Below, one piece after another: positions 13,767 through 24,604 of a stretch of DNA of 25,255 bases (the stretch's first letter is position 1; the number at the start of each line of letters is the position of its first letter). The DNA lies in assembly GCF_006345805.1 (NCBI RefSeq), contig NW_021836113.1, forward strand, positions 1 to 25,255, given 5' to 3'. Both the position numbers and the translations under genes were made by a program. Source of the DNA: Octopus sinensis. Lineage: Eukaryota. The notes under the pieces were generated by a model. The model made no database searches. It saw only the letters and a list, made by a program, of their open reading frames with translations, and was not told where the DNA came from.

Positions 13767-13799
13767 AGAAAAAGCAAGAATAGAAACCAATTTCTCGAT
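13767..13799 (+). other. Candidate 33-nt exon
   Basis: GTAAC...TTTATGCTTAG acceptor ending 13766 (TGC next to the AG), GAT|GTGAGT donor at 13800. Frame-preserving and open in two phases (RKSKNRNQFLD or EKARIETNFS). Confidence 0.22.
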
Positions 13800-14055
13800 G
13801 TGAGTCACTGACCTTCTACGAGTGCGGTTAATTGTGAGAATATCTCTTTCGTATAACAAGCTCTGAATAGATTAATCAGCTTGAATACACAAGTCCCAAA
13901 GAACGTTCACGTCTTTTTTTTTCGCTGCTACTTGGCAGGCTTACGTTTCCACCAGTTCTTCTTTCTCAAATGTGAGTTTAAACATACAGCACATGATCCA
14001 CTGCATATACTAACCAAGTTTTATTATTATTATTGTTGTTGTTATTATTATTATT

Positions 14056-14605
14056 GAGTGAGAGAGCAGTTCATGCCATCAAAGTGACACCGGGGTAAAA
14101 TATACGAAGCCCAATATACCCATCATGACTACCCGTCTGATAAAGGTACACCAGGCACATGCATCACAACCATATGTGCGCGACATGGTGATCTCATATC
14201 AAGATAAACAGCACATGACCTTGCAGGTGGGGCCCAGTTAGAATTTTCTTCAGGTTGAGTAGCCCATCCCGCTCAAACGGTCCCTGAATAAGGGTTGTTT
14301 AAGGATGTTGAAAGAACCACCCATGTTCCAGAGGTGAATTATTCAAACCCCAAAGAATCTCTCTCAACACATGGCTATGATGCTCCCCCACTACTTCTGC
14401 TCGTGATCAGAGATGCAATATCGTCAGCACTAAGGGACATGCTCAACTGGTTAAGGTCAAACAACTGACAAGCAATCTGTGTATATTAAGCAATATTTGA
14501 TGTAGCCCATCTTTTATACCAAGACAAAACAATGTACATGATAACACTTCCAATCAGTTAAGATCAGAAGCCATGAGAGCCACTGCCTGGTACTGCATCA
14601 GGGCA
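14056..14605. mobile_element. Unclassified ~550-bp non-coding interspersed element embedded in (ATT)n
   Basis: About 14229-14604 is near-identical to 15960-16336, and both copies end at TACTGCATCAGGGC next to an ATT tract. (ATT)n flanks both sides. No ORF and no pol III boxes seen; orientation unresolved. Confidence 0.85.
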
Positions 14606-14615
14606 TTTATTATTA

Positions 14616-14685
<70 letters not shown>

Positions 14686-14929
14686 CATCATAATTAATAT
14701 TATTATTATTATTATTATTATTATTGTTGTTATTATTATTAGTCAGTAGTCTTATTTTTATCACGTGCTTTCACTGCACTACCAAGCGCAGATCTGTGTG
14801 CCTTGGATATGTGTTGTGGTTTGTTGTGATGCCCTTATTTTTACTGTATTAAAAGTATTTAACGTAAAAATTATTATATTATCATTACTATTATTATTGT
14901 TGTTGTTGTTGTTGTTGTTGTTGTTTTTG

Positions 14930-14980
<51 letters not shown>

Positions 14981-14990
14981 ATTATTATTA

Positions 14991-15054
<64 letters not shown>

Positions 15055-15055
15055 C
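14606..15055. repeat. (ATT)n tracts
   Basis: Directly visible at about 14606-14740 and 14880-15055. Confidence 0.95.
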
Positions 15056-15058
15056 ATT

Positions 15059-15220
15059 CCGTCTTTACATTCTGAGTTCAAATTCCGCTGAAGTTGACTT
15101 TACCTTTCATTCTTTTAGGGTCGATTAATTAAATACAAGTTACGCACTGGGATCGATAGAATCGACAAGTGCCCTCCCCAAAAATTTCGGGCCTTGTGCT
15201 ATTAGTAGAAAGGATTATTA
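15059..15220 (+). mobile_element. 5'-truncated SINE family 1, tail B
   Basis: B-box, core and tail CCCTCCCCAAAAATTTCGGGCCTTGTGCTATTAGTAGAAAGGATTATT. Confidence 0.88.
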
Positions 15221-15234
15221 TAATTATTATATAA

Positions 15235-15660
15235 TTTTCGACATTTGGTAGTTTAAGGCAAATTTCAACTGCATCACCTGCTACACCTCCGTGTTGCTGG
15301 AGTGTGTACAGCAGGGCATTATTTTCTGTTGTTGGGAGAGTGCAACCTCTTCCCAGTATTATATTGTGTTAGCTTTTAGGGGAGAGGGTTCTCTTGAGGT
15401 GTGGTGCAGTCTTTTGTTGTATTACTGCTTGTATTGTCTGCTAAGTGTGTAATGCGTTGGTTATTTGGATTGCTGGTAGAAGTTTATTTCACTTAGTAAT
15501 TGGTGTATAGAGTGTGTCTTGTGTTTGTGGGTTATTTTGGTGAGGTAGTATCATTGAACTGATAGTGTCTTGCGTAGGATGTAGGCTGTTCCTAACTGGG
15601 CTATTTTTTTGGATAGTGTGTACTGTGAGGATCCAGATATAGCTTCTATGTTTTTGCTCA
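15235..15660 (-). mobile_element. R4/Dong-like non-LTR retrotransposon 3' end (ORF C-terminus plus 3' UTR)
   Basis: Minus strand reads ...KKIAQLGTAYILRKTLSVQ* (stop at 15551-15553), matching the LLGTA-ILR C-terminus of R4-clade RLE elements. The 3' UTR ends in AAT-like repeats. Confidence 0.75.
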
Positions 15661-15957
15661 TACTACATCACCAGCTATACCTCTATGTTGCTGGGGTGCG
15701 TGCAGCATTGTGTGTTCTTTTCTGCTGTTGAGAGTGTGCGAAATCTTCCCAGTACTGTATTGTGTTAAATTTTTTTTCTTTGGGGTGTGGTGCTGTCTTT
15801 TGTTGTGTTACTGCTTGTATTGTGTAATGCTTTGGTTTTCTAGCTTACTGATGGGAATTTATTTCCCTGGGTAAATGCTGTTTATAGTATGGGTTGTTTT
15901 GTTTAGGTTGTATCATTGGAATGATAGCGTCTTGCGTAGGATGTAGGCTGTTCGTAG
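15661..15957 (-). mobile_element. Second, diverged R4/Dong-like 3' end in tandem with the previous one
   Basis: LLRTAYILRKTLSFQ* (stop at 15913-15915). The UTR is alignable to 15266-15590 (shared GTCTTGCGTAGGATGTAGGCTGTTC, TCTTCCCAGTA, GTCTTTTGTTGT). Confidence 0.75.
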
Positions 15958-15959
15958 CA

Positions 15960-16336
15960 GGGGCCCAGTTAGAATGTTCTTCTGGTCGAGTAGCCCATCC
16001 TGCTCAAAAGGTTCCTGAATAAGGGTTAAGGATGTTGAACGAAACACACCTGTTTCCAGAGGTGAATTATTCAAACCCCAAAGAATCCCTCTCAACACAT
16101 GGCTATAATGCTCCCCCACTACTTCTGCTCGTGATCAGTGATGCACATATCGTCAGCCACTAAGGGACATGCTCAATTGGTTAAGGTCAAACAACGGACA
16201 AGCAAATCTGTGGTATTGAGCAGAATATTTGCTGTAGCCCATCTTTTATACCAAGACAAAACAATGTACATGATAACACTTCCAATCAGTTAAGATCAGA
16301 AGCCACGAGAACCACTGCCTGGTACTGCATCAGGGC
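15960..16336. mobile_element. Partial second copy of the ~550-bp element
   Basis: Aligns to 14229-14604 and directly abuts the Dong-like fragment. Confidence 0.85.
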
Positions 16337-16355
16337 GTAATTGTTATTATTATTA

Positions 16356-16389
<34 letters not shown>

Positions 16390-16402
16390 CATCATCATCA
16401 TT

Positions 16403-16446
<44 letters not shown>

Positions 16447-16485
16447 TATTTCATTATTATTATTATTATGATTATTATTATATTA

Positions 16486-16521
<36 letters not shown>

Positions 16522-16522
<1 letters not shown>

Positions 16523-17290
16523 TATGTTTGACTTTTGCTTTATGTCTGTACAAGTTGGCTCCAAGTCTCACCCAGAGACCCCAAGAGACAACAGGTTGGA
16601 AGTTCACGTTGGTCATGCCTAGTGGCCATATATTTGGGGTTTTTTTTTGGTGTTTAACTAGTGAATGTCTAATACATAGATTAAAAAAAAGTTTGTTTTA
16701 AACCTTGGGATTACATAGAGAGTATTTTGCGTAGGATATGAGCAGTCCCATGAGCACTATCTTTTGAATTTCTGCCATTTTGGGGTTTCCTGGTATCTGA
16801 GTTAGGTAGCAATCAGCCCCTTTCGCTATCATCCCAGGGCACCTATGACAACAGGTATTGTTGTTTTAGTCTTCAGCTTCCACATTTTGCTGATTTCTAT
16901 TTCAAGATTTTATATTTGCTCAGTTTTTCGTAGGTCTTGACAGATACGTTTATATCGATTGGGAACTGTCTGAAGTCTTTCAATATGATGTCTGGCCTAT
17001 TTGCATCTATCTTTCTGTCAGTTTGAATGGTGAAGTTCCAGAGGAGTGATATGTGGTCATTTTCAAGCACTGGAGGTGGATTGTTTCCCACCAGTTCTTT
17101 TCATGGGCAAATCCAGGTTTTTTGCAAATTACCCAGTGAATATATTGTGCAGCTCTATCATGCCTGGGAGGTACTCTGTAGGCGCTAGAAGACTGCATTT
17201 GGAGACAACATGATCAATGGTTCATTGTGTTGTCGACTAATGACATGTTGGGCTACTGCCGTTCTTTAATATGTGGCCTGGTAGTTCTTG
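16522..17290 (-). pseudogene. R4/Dong-clade LINE 3' fragment: CCHC knuckle plus restriction-like endonuclease, frameshifted
   Basis: With several 1-nt frameshifts it reads IDHVVSKCSLLAPTEYL / RHDRAAQYIHWVICK / ENDHISLLWNFTIQTDRKIDANRPDIILKD / EKLSKYK / LEIEISKMWKLKTKTTIPVVIGALG / EIQKIVLMG / TAHILRKILSM* (stop at 16711-16713). Flanked by (ATT)n on both sides (16341-16521, 17291-17372). Confidence 0.9.
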
Positions 17291-17302
17291 TTATTATTAT
17301 TA

Positions 17303-17372
<70 letters not shown>

Positions 17373-17373
<1 letters not shown>

Positions 17374-17722
17374 GTGCCGGACAAAATGCATAGCAGTATC
17401 TCTTCGTCTTCTTTACTTTCAGAGTTCAAATGCCGCCGAAGTCAACTTCGCCTTTCATCGACAAAATAAGTAGTAGAAAGGATTATTAGTATTATTATTA
17501 AGGTGGTGAGCTAACAGAATCATTAGCTCGTCGGACAATAATGATTTGCAGTATTTCTTCCGGTTCATTATGTTGTGAGTTCAAATCCTGCTGCGGTCGT
17601 CTTTGCTTTTCATCATTTCGGAATCGATAAAATAAATACTAATCAAGAACCGGGATCAATATAATCGACTGGCCCCCTTCCCCAAAATTCAAACATTGAG
17701 CCTATAGTAGAAAGGATTTTTA
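17373..17722 (+). mobile_element. Two adjacent diverged SINE family 1 copies, tail B (about 17373-17495 internally deleted; about 17501-17722)
   Basis: GAGTTCAAAT B-box and core remnants; both end AGTAGAAAGGATT(ATT). Confidence 0.82.
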
Positions 17723-18312
17723 TTATCATTGTTACATTATATTTGTCAAAACCATTTAATGTATCAGCTATTAAAATAAACTATAAAGGGGGGAAAAGAT
17801 ATTCTTTGTTCAAAAGTTCTCTCACATTAAATGTTCTAATATTCCTAATAGGGATTAACGAAATATCACCTAAAATTGTCCTTTCAGTAGTTTGTTTTAC
17901 ATACTATTTTATTTATATCTTTTTCTTTAAAAAAACCTGAGTTTTGAAGTTCCAGATAAACATTAGCAAAAAAAAATTAATATTTTCATATAGGTGAGAA
18001 ACGCAAAACGTAAAATCTGAAGATTGATTAGCTATGTTAAAAAGGTACGACTATTTTGGTATGTGATTTAAAAGTTGACGACAAAGAAAAAGCACACTAG
18101 ATAATAAAACCTAATGCTTTATATATATGCACACATACATATATATAATATATATGTATATATATACAAACAAATGTAAATACATTCAAAGACATATACA
18201 TATTTTTGGAAATATGCATATAAATATATATATAGATATATGTATGTATGTACGTATGTATGTATACATATATACATGCATACATACTGTGCATATATTT
18301 ATATATTTACAT

Positions 18313-18355
<43 letters not shown>

Positions 18356-18450
18356 GTCGTAATACGGTGTGATTTACATCTTAAATTCGACTGTTTATTG
18401 TTACATAGCTCATGCAAGATATAGCATAAAAGCATAAAACATGACATCTT

Positions 18451-18451
<1 letters not shown>

Positions 18452-18532
<81 letters not shown>

Positions 18533-18560
18533 CATAGATACATAGATACATAGATAGATA
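18452..18560. repeat. (GATA)n array
   Basis: Directly visible. Confidence 0.95.
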
Positions 18561-19043
18561 GACGCATATATAGATCTATCTAATTACATTCATTCACAAA
18601 TCGATTGATCGATCGAGAGATACTTGCGTAGACATATAGTGCCATAGGTTTATATAGATAGACTGTCAGATAGACTGAATACATATATACATGCATATTT
18701 ACATGTTTACATAGATGCATATTTACATGCATACATGCATACATCGATCGAATGCTTGAGAGGTAGATACATACCTAAATACATTTATTGTTTGGTAGAT
18801 TGAGAAACTGGATAAATACACAAACAAATGTTCATTCATTCAAATACACAGACACACACATATGCATGCATACGTATATGCATATATGCATATATACTCG
18901 AGTACGTACACACACACACTCACAAACACAAACATACACGAACATACATAAATACATACATGCATGCAGAATTCTCATGACATTATAGATATAAGACGTT
19001 TTATCTTCTGTTTCTGCTTCAGTGTGTGTATCTATGTATATAT

Positions 19044-19273
19044 ATTTCTTTACTACCCACAAGGGGCTAAACACAGAGGAGACAAACAAGGACAGACAAA
19101 GCGATTAAGTCGATTCCATCGACCCCAGTGCGTAACTGGTACTTAATTTATCGACCCCGAAAGGATGAAAGGCAAAGTCGACCTTGCCGGAATTTGAACT
19201 CAGAACGTAACGGCAGACGAAATACGGCTTCGCATTTCGCCCGGCGTGCTACCGTTTCTGCCAGCTCGCCGCC
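19044..19273 (-). mobile_element. Full-length SINE family 1, tail A, with 15-bp TSD
   Basis: TATCTATGTATATAT at 19029-19043 and 19275-19289 flanks a complete reverse copy. Confidence 0.95.
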
Positions 19274-19317
19274 CTATCTATGTATATATCATATATATAT
19301 ATATATATAATATATAT

Positions 19318-19349
<32 letters not shown>

Positions 19350-19543
19350 TGAGAGAGAGAGAGAGAAAGACAGACAGACAGATAGAGTTGGGAGGGGAGA
19401 GAGAGAGAGAGGGAGAGAGCTAATAGTGAAGGATTATCAACCCAGGCAAAATACATATAATGACTACTGGAAACAGCTGTAAACCGAATTTGTTCAGAAA
19501 GATAGACATACAAACAGACAGGCAGGCAGGCAGGCAGATAGAT

Positions 19544-20554
19544 ATGTTTCTTTATTAGCCACACAGGGCTGAACATAAAGGGGACAAATTACAAAGTAGA
19601 GCTTTTCTTTTGGAGGAGAAAAAAAGAAAAAAAGTAAAAAGGTGGTAGGTTTTCGATCAAAAGGGATCGTAAAAAATAGTAAGAAAAAAACGATCAATAG
19701 GGATCGTGTGTCACAGAAATGTCATGATGTAAAATGTAAAGGGGAAACAGATAAGATTTATCCGTGCAAAGAAAAGCCTACGGAAAAGACCACGGTAACC
19801 TCGGTCAATAATGTAACATATTAACACATTTATTTGCAAGTAAGTAACTCTCTGTTTTAAATTTTTTCGGGTTCATAGGATTATGCTGAAGGTGGCTTCG
19901 TCATTCCTACGTGCCGTCCTTGCTATATTCACCCATCTGTTTTTGAAACATTCACTAGACAAAACCTGCCTCTCTACTCGCACTTTCCTTTTCAAGTGAT
20001 ACTTGAAGAAGTTGATGAGAGATTGACCAGAGAGGAAAGTGCTTGTCTCTAATCCTTTTAGACGCGTCCACCAGATACATTATTTCGCCATAGCCACAAG
20101 GATGATGAAAATAGCTCTTCCATCCCGTTTGTAGGAAGGAGGCATGATGATAGACTCGGCTGATAAACTGACTCGTCCCACACGTGACAGCAGTCGTTCG
20201 ACATAAGCCCACAGGTCGGAAATTGTTGGACACTGCACGAATGCATGCAGAACGGTTTCGTCGCTCTGACCGCATTTCGGGCAGGTCGGCCCCGTGTTTC
20301 TCGAGCCGTGTCTATAGAGCTAATCCCGAACGGGTAGCGCTTCTCGGTAGCACTGCCAGGCCAGGGATCTCTGGAAGTTGTCCGTAGGTCCCGGCCCGAA
20401 ATTCGTCTTGAACAGTCGGGTCAGGTATTCCTCGTCGACGTCCAGGTTCGCCCCGAGCTTGTCGTTGTACCTCCCCTCGACTAATCCCCTATAGAATGCT
20501 TTGGTTGTGTTGAAGTCACTCAAGGTCGACCCGGGATGGCAGAGTTGCTTGAGA
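19544..20554 (-). pseudogene. Tx1/L1-like LINE 3' fragment, copy a (ORF2 C-terminus plus 3' UTR)
   Basis: Minus strand [26 protein letters not shown]...DNFQRSLAWQCYREALPVRD*, then a disrupted zinc-knuckle region. Colinear with 23213-24265. Confidence 0.85.
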
Positions 20555-21019
20555 ATTTTAATATAAAAATTGCGCATTTGTACAGAAAATGGTTTCGTCA
20601 TGAACAGAGAATATAGTAATCGAAACACAATGTGCTTTGCTTTTTTACTCTTCTTTTTTTATGTGCTAAATTGAATATAATAGGGAGTTCGCAGTGCATT
20701 CCTCTCCTAAATAAACATCACTCTATAACATCGAAATCTGGCCATAACCAAGCGTATGTCGTTGAGTCTTTGCCAGCCTGCTTAAATACGCTGAACCCGG
20801 ATCCAACATAAGCGTCTGACATACCAAGATATACCAACTTCATTCCAAATTTCAAACAAGAAAAGAAAATTGCTGGTTTAACAGCTAATGTTAGACATTA
20901 TTATAAGAAAGCATTCGCTATTTTATTTCATTTTCGAACCTCTACATTGTTATACACACAGGCACACACACACACACATACGTTAAATACATATGTGTAT
21001 ATGTGTTACTATATCAGTT

Positions 21020-21052
<33 letters not shown>

Positions 21053-21266
21053 GTGTGTGTATGTATATATATATATATATATATATATAGATCAAAATAA
21101 AATAAAAACATGATGCGAAGGATTCAGCGGTACATATGTTAGACAGATTTATAACAATGCATAATGTATGTCTGTGGCCTTCTTCAGCCGCGCACCACAG
21201 CTTCCACAAGCATGTGTTCCATCAAAATTCTTGGTTGGGGATGCAAATCCTCTCATTCACGTACGA

Positions 21267-21307
<41 letters not shown>

Positions 21308-21459
21308 GTATTTATGTGTATGTATATATATATAATACATATATACCTGTATATATACGTATATTTATATACACATATATATACGCATATATGCATATAT
21401 ATGTATGTATATATATATATATATACATACACATATACATATAACATATGTGTGTGTAT

Positions 21460-21495
<36 letters not shown>

Positions 21496-21520
21496 ACATA
21501 TACATATACACATATGTGTG

Positions 21521-21560
<40 letters not shown>
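21020..21560. repeat. (TA)n-rich block
   Basis: Directly visible. Confidence 0.95.
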
Positions 21561-21561
<1 letters not shown>

Positions 21562-21807
21562 GTGTTGTATGTACGTACACACACAAACCACTTAGCTAGT
21601 TACGAAACGATGGTAACACTGAGAAATGTGTCGACTTACGATATCTTATTTGAATGTGAAAGTGAATGTGAAACTGTCAAAATGTAGGTATTGACTTTAC
21701 GGTAATGCTATTTGCAACACCAAACCAAAAGAAGCAAATAGATGGTTGTTCAAATGTACTTTTTAGCATTTCTTATTGACCGTATTATTCTGCTAAACAT
21801 TTTAAAG

Positions 21808-21847
21808 TCTAGAGACTTCTACTCTGATAATGAAATCTCACCAGGAG
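21808..21847 (+). other. Candidate 40-nt exon
   Basis: TTTTAAAG acceptor ending 21807, GAG|GTAGGT donor at 21848. Open as SRDFYSDNEISPG or LETSTLIMKSHQE. Confidence 0.2.
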
Positions 21848-22083
21848 GTAGGTTTTCTCGATTTCTTGATGGCGGTCAGGTATACACAATAGATTCCCGA
21901 CCTACGCAATAGAAAAAAAGGGAGACTGTCTGTCTGTAAAAACCAAATCTCAACTAGTTTGTGTTGTATGGTACAGTATAGTATAATATGGTATATGAAG
22001 TCAAAAGAAATTCGAGGAGAGAGTGTTTTACAGCTTGTACGAGAAATGGATGTGTGTGGAAAAAAAAAGAAAGTAGGTAAGCT

Positions 22084-22129
<46 letters not shown>

Positions 22130-22237
22130 CAGCAGCAGCAGTAGTAGTAGTAGTAGTAGTAGTACCAGCAGCAGCAGTAGCAGCAGCAGCAGCAGTAGTA
22201 GTAGTAGCAGTAGTAGTAGTAGTAGTAGTAGTAGTAG
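22084..22237. repeat. (TAG)n/(CAG)n compound microsatellite
   Basis: Directly visible. Confidence 0.95.
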
Positions 22238-22256
22238 ATAGTGTATACATATATAC

Positions 22257-22407
22257 ATGGCTGTGTGGTAAGGAATTTGCTTTCCAACAACATGGTTGTG
22301 GGTTGGACAAGTGTCTTGTTTTCTACGATAGCCTCTGGTGGACCAAAGCCTTCTGAGTGGATTTGTTAGATGGAAACTGAATGAAGCCCGTAGCATATAT
22401 TTGTTTG

Positions 22408-22442
<35 letters not shown>

Positions 22443-22600
22443 TTTCCCAGCACCACCACCTGGCAGCTGGTGTTGTTATGTTGACGTCCCTGTAACTTAG
22501 CGATTCTGCAAAAGGTACCAATAGAATAAGTACCGGGGTCGGTCGTTTCGTTCAAGGCAGTGCTCCGGCTGCTGTGCGTGACCGTGGCTTTGAACTGGTT
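22257..22600 (+). mobile_element. SINE family 2 copy (B-box region deleted, internal (TG)n)
   Basis: A-box TGGCTGTGTGG, body GACCAAAGCCTTCTGAGTGGATTTG...GGAAACTGAATGAAGCCCG, (TG)n, then GTAACTTAGCG...AATAGAATAAGTACC. Matches 12700-13105 in reverse. Confidence 0.8.
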
Positions 22601-22735
22601 GATCATGGTCCCTATCCTCCTGGTTTGGCCCCATCTGACTATCATCTGTTCCCTAACATGAAAAAACACTTGGCTGGGAATCAGTACCGCAGTGATGAGA
22701 CGTCATATCTGCTGTTGAATTTTTTGGCCAACTAG

Positions 22736-22846
22736 ATAAAAGCCTATTCACCAATGAGACCAAAGTACTGCAAAACCGACGGAAGAAGCGTGTGGACCGC
22801 AAGGAGGACTTTCTTGAAAAATAAACCTCACTTGGTCACAATTCAT
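22736..22846 (+). CDS. Candidate 111-nt coding exon, product unknown
   Basis: AACTAG acceptor ending 22735, CAT|GTGAGT donor at 22847. Phase-0 frame is open end to end (IKAYSPMRPKYCKTDGRSVWTARRTFLKNKPHLVTIH). Unique GC-richer sequence. Confidence 0.3.
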
Positions 22847-22896
22847 GTGAGTATCTTAGTTTGCCTATGAACTTTTCAGCCGACCCTCGTATCGAT

Positions 22897-23170
22897 GTGT
22901 TTCTTTATTAGCCACACAGGGCTGAACACAGAGGAGAAAAAATGGGGGCGTAAGTTTTCGATCAAAAGGTTATCGTTAAAAAAATTATCAATAGGGATCG
23001 TGTATCACAGAAATGTCATGATGTAAATTGTAAAGGGAGAAACAGATAAGGTTTATTCGTGGAAAGAAAAGCCTACGGAAAAGACCATGGTAACCTCGGT
23101 CAATAATGTCACATGTTAACACATTTATTCTGCAAGTAAGTAACTCTCTGTTTTAAATTTTTCCGGGTTT
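22897..23170 (-). mobile_element. Tx1/L1-like LINE, 3' UTR-only copy b with 10-bp TSD
   Basis: Aligns to 19544-19875 and 23213-23595. TCGTATCGAT at 22887-22896 and 23171-23180. Confidence 0.9.
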
Positions 23171-23177
23171 TCGTATC

Positions 23178-23212
<35 letters not shown>

Positions 23213-23213
<1 letters not shown>

Positions 23214-24458
23214 TGTTTCTTTATTAGCCACACAGGGTTGCACACAGATAGAACAAATTACAAGGTAGAGCTTTTCTTTTGAAGGTAAAAAAAATTAAAA
23301 TAAAAATAAAAATAAAAAAGGGGGGTCGATCAAAAGGGATCGTAAAAGGAGAGAAAGAGGACAAAAAAATGGGGGGGGTAAAAAAAGGGGGAGAGGAAAA
23401 AAAATTGATCAATAGGGATCGTTATCACAGAAATGTCAATATGAAGTGTAAAGGGGAGGACAGGTGAGGTTTACCCGTGGAAAGAAAAGCCTACGGAAAA
23501 GACCACGGTAACCTCGGTCAATGAAGTCACATGTTATATTTCTTTTTTTTTTTTTTTTTGCAAATAAGCAACTCTCTGTATTAATTTTTACGGTTCATAG
23601 AATCATAGTCAAGGTGGCTTCGTCATTCATACGTGCCATCCTTGCTACATTACACCATCTTTTTTTAAAACATTCACTAGACAAAACTTGCCTCTCTACT
23701 CTCACTTTTTTTTCTTCAAGTGTACTTGAAGAAGTTGATGAGAGATTGACCAGAGAGGAAAGTGTTTGTCTCTAATCCTTTCAGGCGCGTCCACCAGATA
23801 CATTCTTTCGCCATAGCCACAAGTATGATAAAATAGCTCTTCCTCCCGTTTGAAGGAAGGAGGCATGACGATATTAACGATAGACTCGGCTGATAAACCG
23901 ACACGTCCCACACGTGACAGCAGTCGTTCGACATAAGCCCACAGGTGGGAATTGCTGGACACTGCATGATTGCGTGCAGAGCGGTTTCGTCGCTCTGCCC
24001 GCATCTCGGGCAGGTCGGCCCCGTGTTTCTCGAGCCATGCCTATAGAGCTTATCCCGAACGGGTAGCGCTTCTCGGTAGCACCGCCAGGCCAGGGATCTC
24101 TGGAAGTTGTCCATAGGTCCCGGCCGAAAGTCGTTTGAAACAGGAGGGTCAGGTATTCCTCGTCGACGCCCAGGTTTGCCCCGACTCGTCGTCGTACCTC
24201 CCCTCCACTAATCCCCTATAGAATGCTTTGGTTGTGTTGAAGTCACTCAAGGTCGACCCGGGACGGCAGAGTTGCTTGAGAGCAACGCGACACTCGCGGT
24301 GCCATTCGCTCTTCCTCGGCCTCTTTTTGATCCACGACTGTAGTTCGGTCATGGAGACGAGTTGCGGGAATGCGTGCCTCACAAACGGCGACCACACCTG
24401 TTCACCGTCGTCTACATAGAGCCGGAGATGTCGCAGTCTCAGCGCGTGTCTGCGCATC
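23213..24458 (-). pseudogene. Tx1/L1-like LINE 3' fragment, copy c, inside a (GATA)n array
   Basis: Frameshifted ORF2 end: ...DNFQRSLAWRCYREALPVRDKL...CPRCGQSDETALHAIMQC (CCHC knuckle)...AKECIWWTR...ATLTMIL* (stop at 23595-23597). This resembles the zf-RVT/CCHC/W-x-x-R C-terminus of L1/Tx1 elements. GATA arrays at 23178-23213 and 24459-24602. Confidence 0.88.
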
Positions 24459-24492
<34 letters not shown>

Positions 24493-24493
24493 G

Positions 24494-24604
<111 letters not shown>

